Sequence record: OZ195934.1
Length of the DNA: 64,000 nt
Strand: one strand, 5' to 3'
Below the pieces are notes generated by a model. It was not told where the DNA came from. It saw nothing but the letters and a program-made list of their open reading frames with translations, and searched no databases. The number at the start of each line of letters is the position of its first letter. The first letter of the stretch is position 1. The position numbers and the translations under genes are program-made. Shown here in pieces: positions 53,711 to 62,215 of this stretch.

Positions 53711-54139
53711 ATGACATCTACATCAATTATGCGCGGCGCTAACACAGTTGTACGTGAGCTACAAATCTTCTCTGGTGACACATCAACTGTTGTAATTGGT
53801 GCGCCTGCGAGTGGCAAGAATGCAATGCTGCTTGGTATGTTAGCTCAACGCGGTGCTGAGAACTGCACATTTATCTGTACAGAAATGTATGCGCGTAAAG
53901 CCATCAACATGCTACCGCCAAAAGGTTTAGCTGTTCAATCAAATGCATCATTTGAGTCAATTGTCGGTGCTGTGTCGCGTGCGACTGCAAGCGAACGCGA
54001 GTTCATTGTCATTGAACATTTACCATCCAACCCACAGTTCGACGCTGTTGACGTACTAGAGTCAATCGTTCGAGCACATAATAAAAAACTAATCATCGGC
54101 ATGCAAGCAGCACGCGATGGTATCACACGAGATCTATAA
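53711..54139 (+). CDS. Minimal, degenerate DnaB/RecA-like ATPase domain
   Basis: VIGAPASGKN, FICTEM, FIVIEHL, IGMQAARDG; start ATG 53711. Confidence 0.6.
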   Translation: MTSTSIMRGANTVVRELQIFSGDTSTVVIGAPASGKNAMLLGMLAQRGAENCTFICTEMYARKAINMLPPKGLAVQSNASFESIVGAVSRATASEREFIVIEHLPSNPQFDAVDVLESIVRAHNKKLIIGMQAARDGITRDL

Positions 54140-54140
54140 C

Positions 54141-55172
54141 ATGAATCAAGAACAAGTATTGTTTAAGAGTCTGTTCGGCTCTAGACTATATGGCACAGAC
54201 ACGCCAGAGTCAGACACTGACTACAAAGAAGTCTACATGCCATCCGTAAAACGATTGCTTCGCGGGTTGGCTATCAAAAACAGTGCAGAATCAACGGGCG
54301 ACGACTTCAGCACGAATGGCGCTGATGATGAAGACTACGAACGCATCCCTGTTCAAGTGTTCACTCGCGACTATCTAGCAGGTCAATCGTATGCATATGA
54401 GCTTGCTCACTACGCATTGCACGATGGCGTTGAAGTTGACCCAGCATTCCGTAAGCTATGTGCTGAACTTGTTGTGCGTTACTCTACTAGCAATGTGAAA
54501 GCAATGACTGGTTATGCAATGAGCCAAGCGCAGAAGTATGGCGTAAAAGGCACTCGACTGAACAGCATCATGCTATTTCAGAACGCGTTGCTGTATCATC
54601 ACACTGACGATAAGATGAAACTCGGTGACTGTCTTGAGCTATGTGAAGAGCTGTGGGCACTTGCTGCGAAAGACGAGAACATCGGTTTCGAATGGTATCG
54701 CGGTCCCACATCACGCACACCAGAGCAAGTGAAAGATCCTGCGTTCACTGTGTTAGGCAAAGTCAACGGTCTTGAAGTTACATTCGAAGAAGCGTTGCTG
54801 CGATGTGAGAAGCAAGCAGCCAAGTATGGTGCACGAGCTTATGCAGCACGAGCAGCGTCTGGCTCTGACTGGAAAGCTATCTCTCATGCTCTACGTGTGA
54901 TCGACCAAGCTATCGATATCTTGAACGGTAAGATGCTTGAGTTCCCACGCCCGTTAGCGTCGTTCTATCGCGATGTGAAAGCGGGTAAGTACAAATGGGA
55001 GTATGTGTCGAGCGTAATCACAGAACGATTAGAGACGCTTGCAGAAGCGCAAGAACGTACTGAATTGCAATCACACTCGCCGCAACTCGTTGAATCGTTC
55101 TATGAATGGCACGACGACTGGTTAGATGAGTTGTACTTTCCGTCAATTGAAAGCTTCAGCGACTTAGTATAA
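54141..55172 (+). CDS. Pol-beta-superfamily nucleotidyltransferase (RlaP / T4 nrdC.11-like)
   Basis: FGSRLYGTDTPESDTDY, YMSQAQKYG-like segment, DWKAISHALR. Confidence 0.85.
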   Translation: MNQEQVLFKSLFGSRLYGTDTPESDTDYKEVYMPSVKRLLRGLAIKNSAESTGDDFSTNGADDEDYERIPVQVFTRDYLAGQSYAYELAHYALHDGVEVDPAFRKLCAELVVRYSTSNVKAMTGYAMSQAQKYGVKGTRLNSIMLFQNALLYHHTDDKMKLGDCLELCEELWALAAKDENIGFEWYRGPTSRTPEQVKDPAFTVLGKVNGLEVTFEEALLRCEKQAAKYGARAYAARAASGSDWKAISHALRVIDQAIDILNGKMLEFPRPLASFYRDVKAGKYKWEYVSSVITERLETLAEAQERTELQSHSPQLVESFYEWHDDWLDELYFPSIESFSDLV

Positions 55173-55175
55173 ATA
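55168..55175 (+). promoter_or_regulatory. T4 late promoter
   Basis: Exact TATAAATA. Confidence 0.85.
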
Positions 55176-55203
55176 CAGTTAAACGAACAATGGAGTTTAA
55201 CAC

Positions 55204-55458
55204 ATGACAAAAGGTTTCAATGAATTTCACGCGAAAGGTGAAGTTAAGATTCAAGAGACTACACAAGAGTTCCACGAACGTGTAGTCAAGCACCGTAAAG
55301 TAGATGATGCACGCTACCCTGACCTATCTAAATCTGGTCTTGAGGGTCCGTACACAGACTTGAATGGTAAGGTATACTACTACGATTCTCGTGAGGGTAT
55401 GCATTACGATCCAGATACTGATCTCTACATTACAGCAAAAGACTTACGTTTACCGTAA
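55204..55458 (+). CDS. Small late protein with capsid-targeting-like N-terminus
   Basis: MTKGFNEF...IQE; GLEGPY...YYYDSREGMHYDPDTD. Confidence 0.8.
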   Translation: MTKGFNEFHAKGEVKIQETTQEFHERVVKHRKVDDARYPDLSKSGLEGPYTDLNGKVYYYDSREGMHYDPDTDLYITAKDLRLP

Positions 55459-55464
55459 TCAAAT

Positions 55465-55485
55465 AGCGCCTACGGGCGCTTTTTT
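55465..55485 (+). terminator. Rho-independent terminator
   Basis: AGCGCC-TACG-GGCGCT + T5. Confidence 0.9.
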
Positions 55486-55499
55486 ATGGGAGAAAGGAA

Positions 55500-55871
55500 A
55501 TGTTCAACCCACGCGTGCTCGTGACAGGCGGGCGAAAGTATTCTAATCGAAAACTTGTTTATGCTGCACTCGACAAGCTGTATAATACTGATTACATTGG
55601 ACGCATGACACTCATCGAGGGTGGTGCATTAGGTGCTGATAGACTTGCGCAAGATTGGGCTAATCAAGCGCACATCGATGTTGATCTCATGACGTGTGAA
55701 GCAGATTGGGATACACATGGGCTATCGGCTGGAATGCGTCGCAATACAGATATGGCAAAATTGAAACCCGACTTGTGTCTCGCGTTCTTGGGCGGACGTG
55801 GCACGCAGAATATGGTTGATATTTGTCGTGAGCGGCACATCAAAGTGCATATTATAGGCTGGAAATACTAA
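55500..55871 (+). CDS. SLOG-family (YspA/DUF2493-like) protein
   Basis: VLVTGGR, IEGGALGAD.LA, ADW..HG..AG..RN, GGRGT. Confidence 0.88.
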   Translation: MFNPRVLVTGGRKYSNRKLVYAALDKLYNTDYIGRMTLIEGGALGADRLAQDWANQAHIDVDLMTCEADWDTHGLSAGMRRNTDMAKLKPDLCLAFLGGRGTQNMVDICRERHIKVHIIGWKY

Positions 55872-55884
55872 TGAGGAACACATA

Positions 55885-57150
55885 ATGGGCTTGACATCAT
55901 GCCAACAAGGTGCACATGACAGATTTTTAGATGGTGAGGGTCACCTTACTATCTCAGGTCCCGCGGGCAGTGGTAAGACATTCTTAATGAAGAGTATTCT
56001 TGCATCGCTGAACGCAAAAGGCAAGAACGTTGCAATGGTAGCACCGACTCACCAAGCGAAGAACGTTCTGCATAAGATGACTGGTGAAGACGTTAGCACG
56101 ATTCACAGTCTATTGAAGATTCACCCAGACACATACGAAGACCAGAAGCATTTCAAACAAGCAGGTGAAGTTGAAGGTCTAGACGAAATCGATGTGCTTG
56201 TAGTTGAAGAAGCGAGTATGATCGACGATGATCTATACGACATCATGGGCAAGACGATGCCGCGCAAGTGTCGTATCTTAGGCGTTGGTGATAAGTTTCA
56301 GCTTCAACCAGTGAAACATGAGCCGGGAGTTATCTCACCGATGTTCACGCGCTTCGAAACATACGAAATGCATGAAGTTGTACGTCAAGCGAAAGACAAT
56401 CCACTGATTCAAGTAGCAACTGAAGTGCGAAATGGTCAATGGCTGCGTTCAAACTGGTCAAAAGAGCTTAAACAAGGTGTGCTTCGCGTGCCAAACGTGA
56501 ATAAGATGCTTGATACTTACTTGAGTAAGGTCGAAACTGCTGAAGATTTGCTCGACTATCGCATTCTCTCGTACACTAATGACTGCGTTGATACATTCAA
56601 TGGCATCATTCGCGAACACGTGTACAACACGTCTGAGCCATTCATTCCCGGTGAGTATCTTGTAACACAGATGCCTGTCATGCATTCGAATGGTAAGTAT
56701 CCCGTTTGTGTGATCGATAACGGTGAGGTCGTTAAGATCTTAGACGTTAGACAGATCACAATCGATGGTCAGCTACCCAAAGTAGAGAACGAATCGTTCG
56801 ACGTTGCGTGCTTGACTGTTGAGAAAGACGACGGCAATGTGTATGAGTTCAATGTCTTGTGGGATGACCTACAGAAAGAACGCTTTCAACGTTACTTGAT
56901 GGTCGCGGCTGGTCAGTACAAATCGATTCGTGGTAACACTAAACGATACTGGCGTGCGTTCTGGGGCTTAAAAGAGCAGATGATTGAAACTAAGTCTCTT
57001 GGTGCATCAACTGTGCATAAGTCACAAGGCACAACTGTGAAAGGCGTGTGTATCTACACGCAAGACATGGGCTACGCTGAACCAGAAATCGTACAGCAAC
57101 TTGCATATGTTGCACTGACTCGACCAACAAACTGGGCATTGTACAATTAA
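55885..57150 (+). CDS. dda: Dda SF1B DNA helicase
   Basis: GPAGSGKT, APTHQA, STIHS, VEEASM, VGDKFQL, TVHKSQG, YVALTR. Confidence 0.95.
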   Translation: MGLTSCQQGAHDRFLDGEGHLTISGPAGSGKTFLMKSILASLNAKGKNVAMVAPTHQAKNVLHKMTGEDVSTIHSLLKIHPDTYEDQKHFKQAGEVEGLDEIDVLVVEEASMIDDDLYDIMGKTMPRKCRILGVGDKFQLQPVKHEPGVISPMFTRFETYEMHEVVRQAKDNPLIQVATEVRNGQWLRSNWSKELKQGVLRVPNVNKMLDTYLSKVETAEDLLDYRILSYTNDCVDTFNGIIREHVYNTSEPFIPGEYLVTQMPVMHSNGKYPVCVIDNGEVVKILDVRQITIDGQLPKVENESFDVACLTVEKDDGNVYEFNVLWDDLQKERFQRYLMVAAGQYKSIRGNTKRYWRAFWGLKEQMIETKSLGASTVHKSQGTTVKGVCIYTQDMGYAEPEIVQQLAYVALTRPTNWALYN

Positions 57151-57163
57151 TTCAAGAAAGTTC

Positions 57164-57205
57164 TTGACGTGGCGTTGAGATAAGCGTAATATCTATCTCA
57201 ACGCC
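57164..57205 (+). promoter_or_regulatory. Early promoter with -10 inside a 12-bp inverted repeat
   Basis: TTGACG-17-TAATAT; GGCGTTGAGATA...TATCTCAACGCC. Confidence 0.75.
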
Positions 57206-57230
57206 TAACAACACAACAAGAGAACAGATT

Positions 57231-57542
57231 ATGAAATTCAAAATGCCAAACTGGTTAGATAACATCGTCATCTTAGCTCAAGAAGCAAAAGATCATCCGA
57301 AGATCGCTATCACTGCTCTAGTAGCTGCAATCGCTCTCGGTTATGCTACTTACACACGTGCTCCTGCTATTGCATCATGTACGTGGAAAGCAACTGTAAG
57401 TCAATCAGTCGATTGGGACTTGTGGCGTCATAACATGTGGACGAACGAGTGTCAATACTACAATGGTAAGCGTTGGATTGCTCTAGACAAAGTAATGGAC
57501 GTTGGTGCAGGTGGTGATGAGCTAGAGGAGCTGAGTCAATGA
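57231..57542 (+). CDS. Single-TM protein
   Basis: Hydrophobic segment, CTW...NECQYYNG. Confidence 0.75.
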   Translation: MKFKMPNWLDNIVILAQEAKDHPKIAITALVAAIALGYATYTRAPAIASCTWKATVSQSVDWDLWRHNMWTNECQYYNGKRWIALDKVMDVGAGGDELEELSQ

Positions 57543-57991
57543 GCAACTTAGTTCAACTCACTGAATCATATTCAATTGAAGAGATTGAAGAGCTATTGCG
57601 CGAACGTAAACGTATGTCTACGTTCGACACTAACACGCTGGAAGCGTTCCCTGATAAAGCAGCACGAGTGATTAAACGCGCTCATCAATGCGAGACAGGC
57701 AACACTGTTCCGTATCTCGAAGAGTTCTATTGTGACATCATGCGTTCAGCATATGGTCAAGACTACTTCGACAAGCTTGAAGCACTGCATGGTGCAGCAT
57801 ATCACTGTGGTCAACTGTCTAAGCAGACGTTGAAGCTTGTATCTGACTCTGACGTTGATGACATCACCGCTGAAGCTGAAGCATGGCTCAAGACACACTC
57901 AGGTGGCATGTTCAGCTCAACCAAGTCAGTTGCACGCAGTGCATACAAAGAAGCACTTGCAAACAAACGCGGACTCACGTTCTTTATGTGA
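57539..57991 (+). CDS. Hypothetical protein
   Basis: 150 aa, coupled. Confidence 0.75.
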   Translation: MSNLVQLTESYSIEEIEELLRERKRMSTFDTNTLEAFPDKAARVIKRAHQCETGNTVPYLEEFYCDIMRSAYGQDYFDKLEALHGAAYHCGQLSKQTLKLVSDSDVDDITAEAEAWLKTHSGGMFSSTKSVARSAYKEALANKRGLTFFM

Positions 57992-58002
57992 GAATCGCAA
58001 CA

Positions 58003-58027
58003 AAAATAGCACATTTTTGTGCTTTTT
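58003..58027. terminator. Probable terminator overlapping a promoter
   Basis: AAAAAT-AGCACA-TTTT-TGTGCT-TTTT; TATAAT at 58050. Confidence 0.55.
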
Positions 58028-58081
58028 GTAACAAATACACGCTATTCTGTATAATCATTAAACAAATAAGAGTAAATAATT

Positions 58082-58840
58082 ATGAGTATTGCAACAACTT
58101 CAGGACATCGCTTCGGTATGCTAGTTAAGTCAATCACGCAAGGTCTTGAAGGCACGGTGATTGGTATCACTCAATGTATCGCGGGCTGTGAGCTGCTAGA
58201 AGTTAACGTGCGTGATAAGAAAGGCGTAAGTCGCAATCATGTATTCAGTTCTAAGCTCGTTGAGATCATTAACAGCGACAAAGTATCTGAGTACGAAGCT
58301 ATCTTCGCCAAGACTAATCACGACATGCCGATTCGCTTAGGCGATGAAGTGCGTGACACTGTATCAGATGAGCAAGGCATTGTTACTGAAATTCAGTACC
58401 AAGTGAACACTGATCCAAACGTGCTAATGATCAAGAAGTGGAGCGAACACGAGACGAATCTTTATGCGTCTGCTCGTGTAGTGAGCTGTCACCCAACTGG
58501 TAAGTCTATTCATGACCAGATCATCAACAATCGCAACAAGCGTGAGCGTGATGAGCTGAAAGTGGAGCTTATGCAGAAAGCTGAGTGTCTAGCTACTGGT
58601 GCTACTGGTCTAGTGACTGCGATATTCAATCAGGCTAACGGAACAATCAGCGTTGGTATTCAGCCAGTGAGCCAAGAAGGCAAACTGCTTGATACGCATT
58701 ACACTGACATTGAATTAGTTCGTGTTGTCACTGAAGAGCCGAAAGAAACAGCTCCAACGAACGGTACGCACAAGAAGTCAGGTTGTATGCGTTCACATGA
58801 GCTATCTTCTTTGAAGAGCAGTGGCATACGCACTGCGTAA
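58082..58840 (+). CDS. Protein with three tandem SH3-like beta modules
   Basis: G.LV.S..QG..G.V / LGDEVRD.VS...GIV / L.QKA...TG..GLV. Confidence 0.8.
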   Translation: MSIATTSGHRFGMLVKSITQGLEGTVIGITQCIAGCELLEVNVRDKKGVSRNHVFSSKLVEIINSDKVSEYEAIFAKTNHDMPIRLGDEVRDTVSDEQGIVTEIQYQVNTDPNVLMIKKWSEHETNLYASARVVSCHPTGKSIHDQIINNRNKRERDELKVELMQKAECLATGATGLVTAIFNQANGTISVGIQPVSQEGKLLDTHYTDIELVRVVTEEPKETAPTNGTHKKSGCMRSHELSSLKSSGIRTA

Positions 58841-58872
58841 TAACATGTAGTGCGAACCCAAGAGGTAAGCAC

Positions 58873-59328
58873 ATGAAATACATACTACCCATTGTCTTAA
58901 CGTCGTTTGCGTGCGGTGCGCACGTTCACGATGACTGGACAACAATACATCAAGTACACCCTGATACACATGAGATTGTACATCTAGCATCATCGCATAG
59001 TAATAATCGTGACGCTATGTTGACAATTCAGTGTGATAGACGCTTGACGTTGTACGAACTCGGCACTAACTTAAAGGGAGTACGCATCGAGAATGTTGAG
59101 TATTCGCTTGACTACGGTGAGTACGTTGATGTAAAATCATATACTGAAATGCTTGGCTATCGCTCTGTGTTTGTTCATACAATCACTGAACGTTCGTACA
59201 GTCAAATCATTGCGCGTGATATACTCAGTTTCAAAGTGACAAGCGTCGAAGGCGAAACTGAAATATACACGTTTAGTCTCAATGGTGTTGATGAAGCATA
59301 TCATACGCTAATGGATCTATGTGAGTGA
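58873..59328 (+). CDS. Putative exported protein
   Basis: Signal-like MKYILPIVLTSFACGA. Confidence 0.7.
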   Translation: MKYILPIVLTSFACGAHVHDDWTTIHQVHPDTHEIVHLASSHSNNRDAMLTIQCDRRLTLYELGTNLKGVRIENVEYSLDYGEYVDVKSYTEMLGYRSVFVHTITERSYSQIIARDILSFKVTSVEGETEIYTFSLNGVDEAYHTLMDLCE

Positions 59329-59843
59329 AAATCATCTTCTTAGACATCGATGGCGTGTTGAACAACGCGCTTGATGCCGATGAACATAAAGATGTTGAGC
59401 TGCGCGGAGAGTATCAGGGATTTTACTCACCGCGCTGTGTCTTACTTCTTAATGAAATCGTACAGAAAACTAATGCCAAAATCGTGCTGAGTAGCACGTG
59501 GCGTCACGGATTAACAATCGATGACGTAAATGAGTTATTCACTAACATGAATATTCATGCAGAGTGTGTTGGCATCACTCGTGACTTTAGTGAGCACAAA
59601 TGGTCGTTTCGTGGTAATGAAATCATCGATTACATTCAACGACACAAAGACGATCAATGCAGTAGTGAGTTTGTTTATCGTGATTACGTCATTTTAGACG
59701 ACGATACCGACATGTTACTGTGGCAAAAGAACAATTACATCAACTGTGACCCAGAGATTGGACTAACTGATCGAACTGTGTCAAAAGCAATCGCAGTGCT
59801 GAACAATTCTATTTGTACAGACACTGGACAAGAGTTTGCATAA
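59325..59843 (+). CDS. HAD phosphatase (RNA-repair HAD_SAK-like)
   Basis: IIFLDIDGVLN, IVLSSTWR, RGNEI, YVILDDD, GLT. Confidence 0.88.
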   Translation: MKIIFLDIDGVLNNALDADEHKDVELRGEYQGFYSPRCVLLLNEIVQKTNAKIVLSSTWRHGLTIDDVNELFTNMNIHAECVGITRDFSEHKWSFRGNEIIDYIQRHKDDQCSSEFVYRDYVILDDDTDMLLWQKNNYINCDPEIGLTDRTVSKAIAVLNNSICTDTGQEFA

Positions 59844-59878
59844 CAATTCAACTAACGACAACATATAGGGAGCCTATA

Positions 59879-60907
59879 ATGTCACATGCTATCTACATCG
59901 GACGCTTTCGTCCATTCCATAATGGTCATCTTTCTTCAATCATCGAAGCGTTCAACGCACTCAATCTTGACAAAATGACTGTCCTCATCGGCTCGTGTAA
60001 TCGCCATCGCTCACCAAAGAATCCATTTGTATTCGAAGAAGTGCGCGAAATGATTCAACGCAGTCTACCAGAAGCTATCGCGAACAAAGTAGTAATCAAA
60101 TCACTGTACGATCATTCTAACAATGACGTATGGGCAACTGAAGTGCGCGAGAAAGCACGTGGTGCGACTCACATCGTCGGCTTCGACAAAGACGCATCAA
60201 GCTTCTACTTGAAGATGTTCCCTGAGCTTAAATCGTTTGAGCCAACACCAACGCAAATCGGTGATGGTGTTCTAAGCGCATCATTCATTCGTGACTTATA
60301 CTTCAGAGAAGTTCTGTTGCATAAAGCAAGAGCTACTACTATCTTACCAACTGGTACTATCGAAGTGCTCGACGAATGGACACTGACTGAAGCGTTCGCT
60401 GACATTCAAGCTGAGTACAACAAAGCCAACGAAGAAATCTTGAAGTTCGCTGACTACCCGTACAAAGATCACTTGAACATCGCGTGTGCTGATAACGTTG
60501 TGACGTGTGCAGGTCATGTGTTGCTTGGCGTTCGTAAGAACAACCCAGGTAAGGGCTGTCTTGCTATCCCGGGCGGTCATAAGTCTGAACACGAAACGTT
60601 CTTCGATGCTGCGTTGCGTGAACTCGATGAAGAAACAAACATCAAAGTACCTGAAAAGGTTCTGCGTGGCTCTCTCAAAGCTGAGAAGATGTTTGATGAC
60701 CCAACACGCTCTTACCCTCACACTCGTATCACAATGGCATATCATATCGATATCGAAACTGATGCGAATGGTAAGTTCCCACGCATCAAAGCAGGCGACG
60801 ATCTAGAGTCTGTGCATTGGGTACCACTGAGCGAAGTGCGTGAGCTACAACACAAAATGTATGATGATCACTACCAAATCATTCAACATTTCACTGGCAT
60901 TTACTAA
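59879..60907 (+). CDS. natV: Bifunctional NMN adenylyltransferase / Nudix ADP-ribose pyrophosphatase (NadM-Nudix, KVP40 NatV-like)
   Basis: YIGRFRPFHNGH, IGS, NPF; Nudix PGGH...AALRELDEET; true start ATG 59879. Confidence 0.92.
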   Translation: MSHAIYIGRFRPFHNGHLSSIIEAFNALNLDKMTVLIGSCNRHRSPKNPFVFEEVREMIQRSLPEAIANKVVIKSLYDHSNNDVWATEVREKARGATHIVGFDKDASSFYLKMFPELKSFEPTPTQIGDGVLSASFIRDLYFREVLLHKARATTILPTGTIEVLDEWTLTEAFADIQAEYNKANEEILKFADYPYKDHLNIACADNVVTCAGHVLLGVRKNNPGKGCLAIPGGHKSEHETFFDAALRELDEETNIKVPEKVLRGSLKAEKMFDDPTRSYPHTRITMAYHIDIETDANGKFPRIKAGDDLESVHWVPLSEVRELQHKMYDDHYQIIQHFTGIY

Positions 60908-60916
60908 AAATGCAAT

Positions 60917-60952
60917 AAAAGGGTTGCTTCGGCAATCCTTTTGTGTTTTAAT
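60917..60952 (+). promoter_or_regulatory. Fused terminator / early promoter (PeSL-like)
   Basis: AAAAGGGTTGC-TTCG-GCAATCCTTTT; TTGCTT-17-TTTAAT. Confidence 0.7.
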
Positions 60953-60978
60953 GAGTCATCAAACAAACGGAGCACATC

Positions 60979-61329
60979 ATGAACAATCACGCTTATCGCA
61001 TCAACACTGAAATCCCTATGCTTGCTATCGAAAAAGGCGATGTCTTTGTGCAATCACCTTTCAATGGCAATCGCTATCAGTTAGTGCGTCAACCAAATCG
61101 TCCAACAACTGATATCAGTCTCATTCAACAATTCAGTCACTTGTATGATGAAATCTATGTGCCAGACACTGATATCCCTGAAGTGATTGCTAATTGGAAA
61201 GAACACGCTCAAGCTGAACACGATGTTAATTTGAAGCTCGTCGATAAACTGTATGAGCAAATCGATTTCATTCAATCGCAAATCACAGTAGCTCAAGATA
61301 AAGCACACAAAATGGCAGATTACCTATGA
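60979..61329 (+). CDS. Hypothetical early protein
   Basis: 116 aa, GGAG RBS. Confidence 0.8.
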   Translation: MNNHAYRINTEIPMLAIEKGDVFVQSPFNGNRYQLVRQPNRPTTDISLIQQFSHLYDEIYVPDTDIPEVIANWKEHAQAEHDVNLKLVDKLYEQIDFIQSQITVAQDKAHKMADYL

Positions 61330-61595
61330 ACATAAAACTACTCATTCGAAACGAAATCAAGAACAGCACGCAGAACTATGCGACTGTGTACGACATCATG
61401 GACGCTATTGTAACTAAGTACCCGCAAGCAGCTATCAACGATAGAGGTAAGTCGCTTGCTAATAGCACTGTGCGTCGCGAGATCAGTCGATTGCTCGATG
61501 AATCATGCAACTGGGAACGCTGTGGCGTTACTAAAACTGGTCGCAAACTCTATGAGCGAATCAAATCAACTGACCTAAGCGAGTTCACACAATGA
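61326..61595 (+). CDS. Hypothetical protein (possible winged helix)
   Basis: TVYDIMDAI...NSTVRREISRL. Confidence 0.7.
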   Translation: MNIKLLIRNEIKNSTQNYATVYDIMDAIVTKYPQAAINDRGKSLANSTVRREISRLLDESCNWERCGVTKTGRKLYERIKSTDLSEFTQ

Positions 61596-62215
61596 AACCA
61601 TACGATTTAGTACACAAAATGCAGAAAGTTGTCAACTCATGTACGACTGTTGAACAACTGCGCAATGCTCGTAAGTATCTGCTGCGTTGCTATGACTATG
61701 CTAACACGCTCGATGACTCTGGCGCGTTCTTGACTGTGACTCTTGGTGCTGAAGAAATGGATGGCATCATTACTCAACGTCTGTGTGAACTGAGCGACAC
61801 GCGTGGCATGTTAGCTGTTGATACTGGCATAATCAAACTCGGTCTTGATATTCATGGCGTGATCGATAAAGCACCTGAGCTGTTCACGCTTATCAGCAAA
61901 CTACCAGTCGAAGTGCATATCATCACTGGCATTAAAGAAGAGCTTGACGACCAAGTACCTGATGAGCTAGAATACGACAAGTGGTTCAGTATTCATCAAC
62001 ACTTAGAAGACAAAGGCGTTGTATTCTCATACGACGAGAAAGGCAGACCTTGGTGCAATCCCAAACTATGGGACGATGCTAAAGCAGAATACTGCAAAGA
62101 GCATAACATCACAATGCTTATCGATGACTCACCGAACTACGTTGACTCATTCGCTGCTCTTGATACTCTGTATCTTCAGCTTACCAATACTAAACGTGAA
62201 GATTGGAGAAAGTAA
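61592..62215 (+). CDS. HAD-superfamily domain fused to a small N-terminal helical domain
   Basis: KLGLDIHGVID, IITG, KAEYC, LIDD. Confidence 0.75.
   Translation: MKPYDLVHKMQKVVNSCTTVEQLRNARKYLLRCYDYANTLDDSGAFLTVTLGAEEMDGIITQRLCELSDTRGMLAVDTGIIKLGLDIHGVIDKAPELFTLISKLPVEVHIITGIKEELDDQVPDELEYDKWFSIHQHLEDKGVVFSYDEKGRPWCNPKLWDDAKAEYCKEHNITMLIDDSPNYVDSFAALDTLYLQLTNTKREDWRK

Noticed and set aside
951-59878. Longer upstream starts in the ORF track (951, 8343, 12165, 14846, 20614, 39692, 43863, 47290, 51977, 53660, 54117, 59813 etc.)
   Set aside because: Downstream ATG/GTG codons have proper SD spacing and match family N-termini, while the extensions overlap promoters or upstream genes.
6481-60929. 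T4 MotA boxes (TGCTT) in the PeSL cassettes
   Set aside because: TTGCTT lies exactly 17 bp from the -10, i.e. at the -35 position, not at the -30 position of a MotA box.
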